Shown here piece by piece: positions 54,882 through 63,486 of a stretch of DNA of 64,000 nucleotides. Position numbers and translations under genes: made by a program. The notes beneath the pieces were generated by a model. That model did no database searches and was not told where the DNA came from. It was given only the letters and a program-made list of their open reading frames with translations. The DNA is from Thermodesulfovibrio yellowstonii (GTDB lineage: Bacteria; Nitrospirota; Thermodesulfovibrionia; Thermodesulfovibrionales; Dissulfurispiraceae), in assembly GCA_020724365.1 (NCBI GenBank), contig DYHD01000002.1, positions 393 through 64,392 on the forward strand, written 5' to 3'. The stretch's first letter is position 1. Each line of letters begins with the position of its first letter.

Positions 54882-55904
54882 ATGCTTAATAACAATGATA
54901 GGATTTTATTAATAGGGCATGGTAGCCCAAAAAAAGAGGCAAATAATATAGAAGTGGTGGGGAAACTGCTTCATCAGGCTATCCATCCTATATGCACAGG
55001 CGATTGCGTGAGGGTTGCATATCTTCAGTTTGTAAAACCTGACCTTATGTCTGCAATAAAAGATTGCATTAATGAAGGTGCAGAAAGGGTTATAATCCAT
55101 CCATTTTTCCTAAGTTCGGGTATGCATGTAACAAAAGATATTCCTGAGCTAATTGAGGAGGCAAGAAATATTTATACTGATGTTAAATTTTACTATTCAG
55201 AGCCGCTCGGCGTTCATGAAAAGCTTGTAGATATAGTTTTGGACAGGGTGAACTCAATCGAAGGGTTAAAGGGTTCAGAAATTGAAAGAAAGAGCTTTGA
55301 GATTATCAGCCAAGAAGATGATTTCAGTGGCATCCCTGCTGAACAACTGCCGATTATAAAAAGGGTAATCCATGCAACCGCTGATTTTGAATTTAAAAAG
55401 ACCCTGATCTTCCATCCTGATGCAATAAAAACAGGGCTTCAGGCAATCAGGGCTGGCAAAGACATACTTACAGATGTTGAGATGGTCAGAACAGGTATAA
55501 ACAAGAGTCTTCTTGAAAAATGGGAAGGGAGGATTGTTTGTGAAATTCAAAATTCAAAATTCAAAATTCAAAATTCAGAAAATCGAACAAGGGCAGAAAT
55601 AGGGATTGAACATGCCTTAAAAGAGAATAACAATATTGGAATTATAGTAATCGGCAATGCGCCTACAGCTTTGCTTAAGACAATTGAGCTTTTAAACTCC
55701 AAACTCCAAACTCCAAACTCTGAACTATTAGTTATCGGCGTACCAGTCGGTTTTGTAAATGCTATTGAATCTAAGATGCTTCTTTCAAATCAAGAATTTC
55801 CTTTTATAACTAACCTGAGCCGTAAGGGCGGCACGCCTGTAGCAGTAGCTATAGTAAATGCCTTGTTGAAAATGGGTAATGTCAATAGTTTTATGAAAAA
55901 ATAG
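54882..55904 (+). CDS. Fusion of a small CbiX-type sirohydrochlorin cobaltochelatase (aa ~1-125) with precorrin-8X methylmutase CbiC (aa ~130-340)
   Basis: N-terminal 'LLIGHGSP' and 'IIHPFFLSSGMHV'. C-terminal 'SFEIISQ', 'IIKRVIHATADFEF', 'VIGNAPTAL', 'IGVPVGFVNAIESK', 'RKGGTPVAVAIVNALL'. Confidence 0.8.
   Translation: MLNNNDRILLIGHGSPKKEANNIEVVGKLLHQAIHPICTGDCVRVAYLQFVKPDLMSAIKDCINEGAERVIIHPFFLSSGMHVTKDIPELIEEARNIYTDVKFYYSEPLGVHEKLVDIVLDRVNSIEGLKGSEIERKSFEIISQEDDFSGIPAEQLPIIKRVIHATADFEFKKTLIFHPDAIKTGLQAIRAGKDILTDVEMVRTGINKSLLEKWEGRIVCEIQNSKFKIQNSENRTRAEIGIEHALKENNNIGIIVIGNAPTALLKTIELLNSKLQTPNSELLVIGVPVGFVNAIESKMLLSNQEFPFITNLSRKGGTPVAVAIVNALLKMGNVNSFMKK
55543..55577 (+). repeat. (AAATTCA)x5 perfect tandem heptanucleotide repeat inside the CbiC-coding part
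   Basis: Five exact units are read directly. They are translated as 'IQNSKFKIQNS'. Confidence 0.95.
55694..55721 (+). repeat. (AAACTCC)x3 plus an imperfect AAACTCT unit, inside the CbiC-coding part
   Basis: Read directly; translated as 'NSKLQTPNS'. The same heptamer family as the hairpin at 47284-47305. Confidence 0.9.
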
Positions 55905-56129
55905 AGAAAGATATGAAACCACAGAGGGCACAGAGAAAAGAATTTTAAGGTTTAAAAACTCTGTGAACTCTCAAGTTTCTCTTGCTCCGAAAGAATTCCC
56001 ATTAAAAGGTATAACGGAATAAAACGATTAATAATTTAGAGGTCACAGAGGGGATGCAACAGAATTCCTCTTAACTTATTAATATTTAATATTTTCTCTG
56101 TGTTCTCTGTGGTTAATTTTGACAATACG
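55875..56129 (+). repeat. CACAGAG-hairpin element, copy B (255 bp, with a 119-bp internal insert), overlapping the cbiX-cbiC stop and abutting the cbiM RBS
   Basis: See copy A. The left arm 55875-55923 includes the last 10 codons plus the TAG of the upstream gene. The right arm 56043-56129 is identical to copy A. Confidence 0.85.
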
Positions 56130-56151
56130 TGAAAATGGCAAAGGAGGAGAT

Positions 56152-56925
56152 ATGAATTTAAGATTGAAAATTCAAGATTCAAAATTAAAAAATTTATCGC
56201 TATTCACTATTGCTTTCTCACTGTTTACTGCTAATAATGCCCATGCAATGCACCTTGCTGAGGGAATACTCCCTCTCACATGGTCATTAATATGGTACGC
56301 AATAGCTATTCCTTTTGTCCTGTATGGGATATGGAGGATAAAGGTTATATCAAAACATGATTTATCCTTCAAACCCCTTGTAGGTCTCTTGGCAGCGGTG
56401 GTATTTATAATCTCATGCATGCCCGTGCCAGTCCCCACGGCAGGCACATGCTCACATCCAACCGGTATTGGGATTACAGCTGTGATACTTGGGCCTGCAA
56501 TAAGTGCCCTCGTTGCAGCAGTGGCTCTTTTCATTCAGGCACTTTTCCTTGCCCACGGCGGAATAAGCACACTTGGTGCAAACATCGTCTCTATGGGAGT
56601 AATGGGTTCATTAGCAGGATATATAACCTTCAAACTTTTCCGCTCTATACGGATGAATCTTATGATATCAGGCTTTTTTGCTGGTCTTTTTGCTGATTGG
56701 GCTACATACTTAATGACCTCTGTGGAGCTTGCTGCCGGGATAAGGGGAGAAGCTCCTTTTTTACCACTTTTGACACAGATAATCATCGCATTTGCGCCTA
56801 CTCAGATACCGCTCGGGATATTAGAAGGGGCTATGACTGCAGGCGTTGTAATGCTTCTTTATAAGAAGAGACCAGACCTACTTGTAAAAATGATGGTAAT
56901 AAGACCGTCGGAGGTTAAGGCATGA
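56152..56925 (+). CDS. cbiM: Cobalt ECF-transporter substrate-capture component CbiM (with signal peptide)
   Basis: After the predicted signal cleavage 'ANNAHA|MHLAEGILP' comes the canonical metal-binding N-terminus. Start at ATG 56152 after 'aaggaggag'. Confidence 0.9.
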   Translation: MNLRLKIQDSKLKNLSLFTIAFSLFTANNAHAMHLAEGILPLTWSLIWYAIAIPFVLYGIWRIKVISKHDLSFKPLVGLLAAVVFIISCMPVPVPTAGTCSHPTGIGITAVILGPAISALVAAVALFIQALFLAHGGISTLGANIVSMGVMGSLAGYITFKLFRSIRMNLMISGFFAGLFADWATYLMTSVELAAGIRGEAPFLPLLTQIIIAFAPTQIPLGILEGAMTAGVVMLLYKKRPDLLVKMMVIRPSEVKA

Positions 56926-57245
56926 AAATAAATGTAAAAAATAAAAGGTTATTTTTGTTAGTTTTTTTCCTACTATTCGCTATTCACTTTTCACTTTTCA
57001 CCGATGTTAATGCATCTGAAAAGTGGCAGGGTGTAGATGAGTCAGTCATCGAGAAATTTGCTAAAGAGCATGGCATTGAACCAAAAGAACCTTTGATAAA
57101 TACCGACCAAGGAGATTTGCTCCTATTTGTGTTTTTGATTGCAGGAGTAGCAGGCGGCTTTATTGCAGGCTATTACTGGAGGGAATTGATAAATTATAAA
57201 GATAGAAATATCGAAAAGGCATATCTTAGGAGCAAAAAACTATAA
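56922..57245 (+). CDS. cbiN: Cobalt transport protein CbiN
   Basis: ~100 aa with two TM helices, 'EKWQGVDE' and 'GDLLLFVFLIAGVAGGFIAGYYW'. Located between cbiM and cbiQ. Confidence 0.85.
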   Translation: MKINVKNKRLFLLVFFLLFAIHFSLFTDVNASEKWQGVDESVIEKFAKEHGIEPKEPLINTDQGDLLLFVFLIAGVAGGFIAGYYWRELINYKDRNIEKAYLRSKKL

Positions 57246-57246
57246 G

Positions 57247-57999
57247 ATGGAATTTTTTACTGAACATTTCAGCAAGAGACATTTTCTCTCAGGAGTTGAT
57301 GCAAGAATCAAGATTGTTGCTGCAGCATTCACTTTGCTTTTGGTTCTGAGCTATAAAGGCTTTGTCTTTCCCTTATTCATTATTCTTGGATGCTCTGTCT
57401 TATGCATAAAGATGAGAGTGCCATTTAAGGCATTTATTGTCAGGTATTCAGAGCCAGTATTTATCGCTTCTATTTTAGTGTTGTTGAAACTATTCTTTTC
57501 AGGGACAGACACCCTTTTTTCATTCAATATGAAAATTTTTACTTTGATAGGATATAGAGATGGACTTTTAGATGGATTAATGCTTGCAGTAAGGATTATT
57601 GCCGCTGTTTCAGTTATAATCGTTCTGGGTTTTTCAACCCCATTTACAGGTATAATGGCAGGGCTTTCATGGTTGAAAGTTCCGAAAACCCTTATAGAAA
57701 TTACTATATTTGCTTATAGATATATCTTTGTCCTATTAGAAGACGCAATGGTTATTTATAATGCTCAAAAAAATCGTCTTGGTTATTCAAGCATTAGAAG
57801 GGGTATAAGCTCATTTTCTACCCTTGCAGGCTCTCTCATCCTAAAGGCATTCGAACATAGTCAGAAGACAACTACTGCAATGCTACAGAGAGGATACGAT
57901 GGCAATATACCTCTTGTCAGACAGAAGCCATTTAAATCCTCTGAGATTATAATCTCAATCCTCTTTATGATAACGCTTGGAGCTATATGGAGGATATAA
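57247..57999 (+). CDS. cbiQ: ECF transporter transmembrane (T) component CbiQ
   Basis: Polytopic protein with 'A...RG' motifs ('NAQKNRLG', 'MLQRGYDG'); operon position. Confidence 0.85.
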   Translation: MEFFTEHFSKRHFLSGVDARIKIVAAAFTLLLVLSYKGFVFPLFIILGCSVLCIKMRVPFKAFIVRYSEPVFIASILVLLKLFFSGTDTLFSFNMKIFTLIGYRDGLLDGLMLAVRIIAAVSVIIVLGFSTPFTGIMAGLSWLKVPKTLIEITIFAYRYIFVLLEDAMVIYNAQKNRLGYSSIRRGISSFSTLAGSLILKAFEHSQKTTTAMLQRGYDGNIPLVRQKPFKSSEIIISILFMITLGAIWRI

Positions 58000-58829
58000 C
58001 CCGATTATCAGTAAATCTCACTTCATTCAAATATCCTGACGGAACGATAGCCATTTCCAATATATCAATGAGTATCAAAAAAGGTGATTTTGTTGGTATT
58101 CTAGGCTCTAACGGTTCTGGTAAAACCACCCTTTTGAAGATTATGGACGGACTGCTTAAGGATTTTCAAGGCAATGTCTGTCTTGACGGCGCTGACATCA
58201 GAAAACTATCCCCCAAGGAAATCTATAAAAAAATGGGTCTAATTTTTCAGAACCCTGATGAACAGTTATTTGCCCCGACTGTCTTTGATGATGTCTCTTT
58301 CGGACCAATAAATATGGGATTTGATGAGAAAGAGGTTGTCAGAAGGGTTAATAAAGCCCTCAAAGCTGTCGAAATGGATGAATATGCTGGTAAATCTATT
58401 CATAGCTTGAGTTATGGGCAGAAAAAGAGGATTTGCATTGCTGGTCTTTTGTCTATGGGACATGAGATATTGCTACTTGATGAACCTACTGCTGGATTAG
58501 ACCCAATGGGTGAGTATAAAATGATGAATCTCTTAATGAATCTTAATAGAGAAAATGAGGTTACCATTGTGATGGCAACCCATAGCGTTGATCTTATTCC
58601 TTTATTTCTCAACTGGCTATATATACTTAGCAAAGGAAAGGTTATAAGATGCGGGACGCCAGAAGATGTCTTCACCGCTCCTGATGAAATGTCAAGCATA
58701 AAGCTAAGACTTCCACAGATTGCAGAACTTATATACAGACTGAAAAATGAAGACAAGCTCCCATTTGATAAGATACCCCTCACTATCGGAGAGGCAAGAA
58801 GGGAGATTATTAAAACATTTAAGGTATAA
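57987..58829 (+). CDS. cbiO: ECF transporter ATPase CbiO
   Basis: Walker A 'GSNGSGKTT', 'QNPDEQLF', signature 'LSYGQKKR', Walker B 'LLLDEPTAGLD'. Confidence 0.9.
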   Translation: MEDITRLSVNLTSFKYPDGTIAISNISMSIKKGDFVGILGSNGSGKTTLLKIMDGLLKDFQGNVCLDGADIRKLSPKEIYKKMGLIFQNPDEQLFAPTVFDDVSFGPINMGFDEKEVVRRVNKALKAVEMDEYAGKSIHSLSYGQKKRICIAGLLSMGHEILLLDEPTAGLDPMGEYKMMNLLMNLNRENEVTIVMATHSVDLIPLFLNWLYILSKGKVIRCGTPEDVFTAPDEMSSIKLRLPQIAELIYRLKNEDKLPFDKIPLTIGEARREIIKTFKV

Positions 58830-58957
58830 TAATGTGTTCTTCAGACAATATGTTAACCCAAAAATGCAATCTGATTTCATTCAATATGAAAATTTTTACC
58901 TGCTAGATTAGGGATGTTTAAAAAATTCCATATTGGGATTTGGGTTAGCTATGTTGT

Positions 58958-58987
58958 TTGACAAAGATGTAAACTTGAAAGTATAAT
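58958..58987 (+). promoter_or_regulatory. Sigma-70-type promoter candidate for trxA
   Basis: TTGACA (58958-58963), an 18-nt spacer, then TATAAT (58982-58987), ~36 nt upstream of the trxA ATG. Confidence 0.5.
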
Positions 58988-59023
58988 TTTTAGTCATTAA
59001 TTTAAAAGCGGAGGTCACATATT

Positions 59024-59350
59024 ATGGCTGAAGGTGTTGCGGTCTTCACAAGTGATTCATGGGATAATGAGGTCTTAAAGGCGAGTGGCGTTGTTGTTGT
59101 TGATTTCTGGGCTGTATGGTGCGGACCTTGTAGGATGGTAGCTCCCACAATTGAAGAACTCGCAAAGGAATATGCAGGGAAGGTGAAGGTTGGAAAGCTT
59201 AATACAGATGAAAATTCTGATATTGCCAGCAAATACAAGATTATGGGAATTCCTACTATAATGTTTTTCAAAAATGGACAGAAGGTTGATCAGATTGTTG
59301 GAGCAGTTCCAAAACAGCAAATAAAAGCAAAGATAGATTCTCTTTTATAA
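59024..59350 (+). CDS. trxA: Thioredoxin
   Basis: 'VVDFWAVWCGPCRM', 'MGIPT...F.NG'. Confidence 0.95.
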   Translation: MAEGVAVFTSDSWDNEVLKASGVVVVDFWAVWCGPCRMVAPTIEELAKEYAGKVKVGKLNTDENSDIASKYKIMGIPTIMFFKNGQKVDQIVGAVPKQQIKAKIDSLL

Positions 59351-59611
59351 AAGATTTTTATATTTAAACTTAAAGCCAGCATGATTTGTTGTTTTTTTCT
59401 AATTTATCCACAGCTATTTATTAACAAAGATTCATGCCAACTGTTTAGCACAAAAGATTCTAAGGTATTTCATTGCAGACTTCATGTGCATCCTCACTTG
59501 TCAGATCTATAAAAAGCATGGGGATTTTCTGAACAGTTAGTAAATAACATGACATTTTTTTGGTAAATACAATAATAAAATATGGGTTAGTAAAATATAG
59601 GAGAGCATTAG

Positions 59612-60943
59612 ATGTTTGAGAGTTTAGCAGAAAAACTTGATGGAATTTTTAAAAAATTAAAGGGCAAAGGAATACTTAAAGAAGAAGATGTTGATGTAGC
59701 CCTTAAAGAAATAAGGATGGCTCTCCTTGAAGCTGATGTTAATTTCAAAGTCGTAAAAGAGTTTATTCAGAGCATAAGGGAAAAAGCAATCGGCAAAGAA
59801 GTGCTCGAAAGCCTCTCACCAGGACAGCAAGTTATAAAGATAGTCTATGACGAATTATGTCTTCTTTTGGGTGAAACAAATGAACGTATTCAATTATCTC
59901 CTAATCCACCTACGATTATCATGATGGTTGGGCTTCACGGCTCGGGTAAAACAACCACATCTGCAAAGCTTGCCAGAATCTTTAAAAAAGAAGGTAGGAG
60001 GCCTATGCTCGTTGCTGCTGACCTGCAAAGACCCGCAGCTATTGACCAATTAATAACTCTTGGCAAACAGCTCGATATCCCCGTGCATTTCTCTAAGGAG
60101 GTTAAAAATCCCTCTATCCTTTGTGAAGATGCCATAAAAAGGTCAAAACTTGACGGTAGAGACATCATAATCATTGATACAGCTGGCAGGCTGCATATTG
60201 ATGCTGGACTTATGGAACAGCTAAAAGAGATAAGAACAAAGGTCAATCCAAAAGAAATATTGCTAGTTGCCGATGCTATGACAGGTCAGGATGCGGTTAC
60301 TATGGCTAAGAGTTTTAATGAACAGATTAATATCAGCGGTATTATTCTTACTAAGATGGATGGTGATGCAAGAGGCGGTGCAGCATTATCTATAAGAAAT
60401 GTTACAGGCAAGCCGATTAAATTCATAGGTGTCGGCGAAAAGATAGATATGCTTGAGCCATTTCACCCTGACAGGATTGCCAAAAAGATACTTGGCATGG
60501 GAGATATCCTCACATTAATAGAACAGGCTCAACAGACATTCGATCAAAAGGAAGCTGAGAGGCTCCGCAAGACCTTGCTTGAGGACAGCTTCACCTTTGA
60601 AGACCTGAGAGAGCAATTAAAAAAGATACGGAACATGGGGCCTCTTGAGAATCTGCTTAGCATGATACCAGGCATGAATAAGGCATTAAAAGATACGAAG
60701 GTTGATGAAAAAGAGTTTGTTAAAATAGAGGCAATTATTAATTCAATGACACCTCTTGAGAGAACTAATCACTCAATAATTAACGGAAGCAGAAGAAGAA
60801 GGATAGCTATGGGAAGCGGCACTTCTGTTTCTGATATTAACAGGTTGATTAAGCAATATCTCGAGATGAAAAAGATGATGAAGATGTTCAAAAAAGGCGG
60901 GGGTAAGAAGGGCTTTAGGCTGCCTGATATACTACCATTTTAG
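59612..60943 (+). CDS. ffh: Signal recognition particle protein Ffh
   Basis: NG domain 'MVGLHGSGKTTT', 'DTAGRL', 'TKMDGDARGGAALS', and the Met-rich M domain. Confidence 0.95.
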   Translation: MFESLAEKLDGIFKKLKGKGILKEEDVDVALKEIRMALLEADVNFKVVKEFIQSIREKAIGKEVLESLSPGQQVIKIVYDELCLLLGETNERIQLSPNPPTIIMMVGLHGSGKTTTSAKLARIFKKEGRRPMLVAADLQRPAAIDQLITLGKQLDIPVHFSKEVKNPSILCEDAIKRSKLDGRDIIIIDTAGRLHIDAGLMEQLKEIRTKVNPKEILLVADAMTGQDAVTMAKSFNEQINISGIILTKMDGDARGGAALSIRNVTGKPIKFIGVGEKIDMLEPFHPDRIAKKILGMGDILTLIEQAQQTFDQKEAERLRKTLLEDSFTFEDLREQLKKIRNMGPLENLLSMIPGMNKALKDTKVDEKEFVKIEAIINSMTPLERTNHSIINGSRRRRIAMGSGTSVSDINRLIKQYLEMKKMMKMFKKGGGKKGFRLPDILPF

Positions 60944-60948
60944 AGCTT

Positions 60949-61704
60949 TCAGTCATATCTAATTGATGTTTTGCCGTTATTATAATGAAGCACTTTTATA
61001 TCAATATCGAAAATCATCTGAAGATTATACTCATTAAGCACATTTTCGGGCTTACCGTCTCCGATTATCTTACCGTCTTTGATTAATATAACCCTATCAA
61101 ACTGAAGTGCAAGATTAAGGTCATGGATAGCCATCAAAACAGTTATATCCCTCTTTTTGACTATTCCTCTCAGCAATTTAATAATCTCTATCTGATATTT
61201 TATATCAAGATTTGCGAGCGGCTCATCGAGCAAGACTATGCCAGCTCCTTGCACAAGTGTCATAGCAAAAAAGACTCGTCTCACCTCTCCACCACTCAAT
61301 TGGTTTATATACATCTCTTTTTTATCCAAAAGCCCAACCATATCGAGTGCCTTGTCTATATCTAATTCAGGAGGGATGTCATATGGGTAAAAACCCATCT
61401 GGACAATATCTTTAACCTTAAGAGGTATGCTTATGTCAAGCATCTGAGGAAGATAGCTTATGAGCTTTGCCCTATCTTTGCCTTTATATTGATGTATATT
61501 ATTGCCCCAGAGCATTATACTGCCAGACAAAGGCTTTATCATCCCTGCTGATATTTTTAATAAAGTGGATTTCCCCGATGCATTTGGTCCCATAATGCAG
61601 ACAAATTCTCCATTGTTCAATATGAGCGAGAGTTCTTCGATAAATGGTGATTTATTGTATGAAAAACTAACTTTATTTAATTCAAGAGTCGTGACAGGAT
61701 TCAC
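60949..61704 (-). CDS. Iron-siderophore/cobalamin-type ABC transporter ATP-binding protein (FecE/BtuD-like)
   Basis: Walker A 'GPNASGKST', signature 'LSGGEVRR', Walker B 'VLLDEP'. Confidence 0.85.
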   Translation of the reverse strand: MNPVTTLELNKVSFSYNKSPFIEELSLILNNGEFVCIMGPNASGKSTLLKISAGMIKPLSGSIMLWGNNIHQYKGKDRAKLISYLPQMLDISIPLKVKDIVQMGFYPYDIPPELDIDKALDMVGLLDKKEMYINQLSGGEVRRVFFAMTLVQGAGIVLLDEPLANLDIKYQIEIIKLLRGIVKKRDITVLMAIHDLNLALQFDRVILIKDGKIIGDGKPENVLNEYNLQMIFDIDIKVLHYNNGKTSIRYD

Positions 61705-61710
61705 CTTGAT

Positions 61711-62673
61711 TTAACCCCCAATTATATCCTTCTTTCTTAGAAGATACAGAAAATATGGCGCCCCAAGCAAGGCAGTTATTATCCCTGCAGGCAGTTCCAT
61801 AGGAGAAAAAAGGGTTCTTCCTATAAGGTCTGCAAAGCACAACAGAGCCCCGCCTACAAGAGAAGAAAGCGGAATAAGAAATCTGTTGTCCGTTCCTATA
61901 GACATTCTGATAATATGAGGCATCAAAAGACCCACAAAACCAATTGTGCCTCCGAGACTGACTGAAGCAGCTACCATCAAGCAGACAGATATAAATAAAA
62001 TAATCCTTTCTTTTGATGGATTAAATCCAAGATTCCATGCAAGTTCATCCCCGAGCATTAGAGCATTCAACCCCTTTGATCTTGATAAGGAAATTAATAA
62101 ACCTATGAGAATAAAGAAAAACCCATAAGGTATATTATTCCAATCAGACATTGAAAGCTCTCCAAACATCCAAAGCATAGCCCTTCTCAACCCTTCATTG
62201 GTTGATATGCCGAGTATTAGCATGACAAGTGCAGAGAATAGAAATCCAATTCCTATTCCTGCAAGAAGGAGCCTGGTATGCCAGAAAATACCCCGTTTAT
62301 AACTAATTATCCCAACCACAGTCCCTGTTAGAATAGCACCAATAAAAGCAAGAAACGGGATAGAAAAGAAACCCCCATAGCCTACTCCGAAGACTATGCC
62401 GATTACAGCCATTAAAGACGCTCCGCCTGAAATACCTAGTATATAGGGGTCTGCCAGTGGATTTCTTAATATTCCCTGAAGTATAGCCCCAGATGCCCCT
62501 AATGCCATCCCAATAAGCATTGCAGTGAGCATCCTCGGTAATCTAATGGAAAGCAATATATCTTTATCTAATGCTTCCATACTAAAAGGATTAATGATTT
62601 TAGGTCCGATGTATAATGACGAGATACAGATAGCTAAAGAAATAAGGATTATGAATACCATTCGGAGCTTCAT
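61711..62673 (-). CDS. FecCD/BtuC-family ABC permease
   Basis: 'RLPRMLTAMLIG..LG.SGA.LQG.LRNPLADPYILGISGGAS', 'GGTIGFVGL..PHI.R'. Confidence 0.9.
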   Translation of the reverse strand: MKLRMVFIILISLAICISSLYIGPKIINPFSMEALDKDILLSIRLPRMLTAMLIGMALGASGAILQGILRNPLADPYILGISGGASLMAVIGIVFGVGYGGFFSIPFLAFIGAILTGTVVGIISYKRGIFWHTRLLLAGIGIGFLFSALVMLILGISTNEGLRRAMLWMFGELSMSDWNNIPYGFFFILIGLLISLSRSKGLNALMLGDELAWNLGFNPSKERIILFISVCLMVAASVSLGGTIGFVGLLMPHIIRMSIGTDNRFLIPLSSLVGGALLCFADLIGRTLFSPMELPAGIITALLGAPYFLYLLRKKDIIGG

Positions 62674-63485
62674 CTAATATGCTCTGACAGTTCTTTTATA
62701 CCATCAATTACCCTTGGACCAAGACGATAAAGATTATCACTGATGAAATAAACCTCGCCTTTTTTTACAGCATTTACCATATGAAGTTTTTTAAGCAATT
62801 TTTGTGATATAGCCCTCATATCTTCATGTCCTTTGCCAATAAAAATTATATCGGGGTTGTTCCTGATGACCTCCTCAATTGAGTATTGAGGATATCTTGT
62901 TTTTGCATTAGAAGCAATATTTTTGAAGCCCAGCAGGGTTAGTGCATCATCAATTGCAGTCTTTGGTCCTGCGACTAATAAAGGTTCAGGCCAAATAATA
63001 AAGAGGGTTTTTTTATATGGAAAGGAAGCCTTTTTTAGCCTCACTCGTTCCATTGCTGTGTTAATATTATGTGATAGAATATCTGCGTTCTTCTCTACGG
63101 CAAGCATCTTCCCGAGTTCATTTATTTCTTGAGGCAAATCAGCCATTTGGCGAGCCTTAAATACATATGTCTTAATCCCTTTACTTCTGAGTCTTTCTTC
63201 AAATATCTTCTGATTGCCGTCTTCTGTCATGATAACAATATCTGGTTTTAGCAATAATACAGCCTCAAAGGATGGGTTTGACATGCCACCGATATTTCTC
63301 TTTTTCTTAGCCTCAGGTGGATAGTCGCAAAAGGAGGTAACCCCAACAATCTTATCTTCTAGACCGAGTGAATAAAGAATCTCTGTTATATTAGGGGCGA
63401 GTGATATAATCCTTTCAGGCTGGTTAGCCCATGCAATGCCTGAAAGGATTATACATAGAATAACTAAGAGAGAGGACTTCTTCAT
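62670..63485 (-). CDS. Periplasmic substrate-binding protein (BtuF/cluster A class)
   Basis: Signal peptide, 'ERIISLAPNITEILYSLG...IVGVT.FCDYP'. Overlaps the permease gene by 4 nt. Confidence 0.8.
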   Translation of the reverse strand: MKKSSLLVILCIILSGIAWANQPERIISLAPNITEILYSLGLEDKIVGVTSFCDYPPEAKKKRNIGGMSNPSFEAVLLLKPDIVIMTEDGNQKIFEERLRSKGIKTYVFKARQMADLPQEINELGKMLAVEKNADILSHNINTAMERVRLKKASFPYKKTLFIIWPEPLLVAGPKTAIDDALTLLGFKNIASNAKTRYPQYSIEEVIRNNPDIIFIGKGHEDMRAISQKLLKKLHMVNAVKKGEVYFISDNLYRLGPRVIDGIKELSEHIR

Positions 63486-63486
63486 T

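Noticed and set aside
56119-56124. The TTGACA at the outer end of the CACAGAG element (also 32450-32455 on the minus strand) as an outward-facing -35 box.
   Set aside because: No acceptable -10 hexamer lies at 16-18 nt spacing. The best candidates are only 10-13 nt away and would place the transcription start inside the RBS.
32445-56129. The two inverted element copies as the ends of a 23.7-kb composite transposon or invertible segment.
   Set aside because: There is no transposase, integrase or invertase gene between them. The content is housekeeping and metabolic genes, and the elements are short MITE-like hairpins. Homologous inversion between them remains formally possible.
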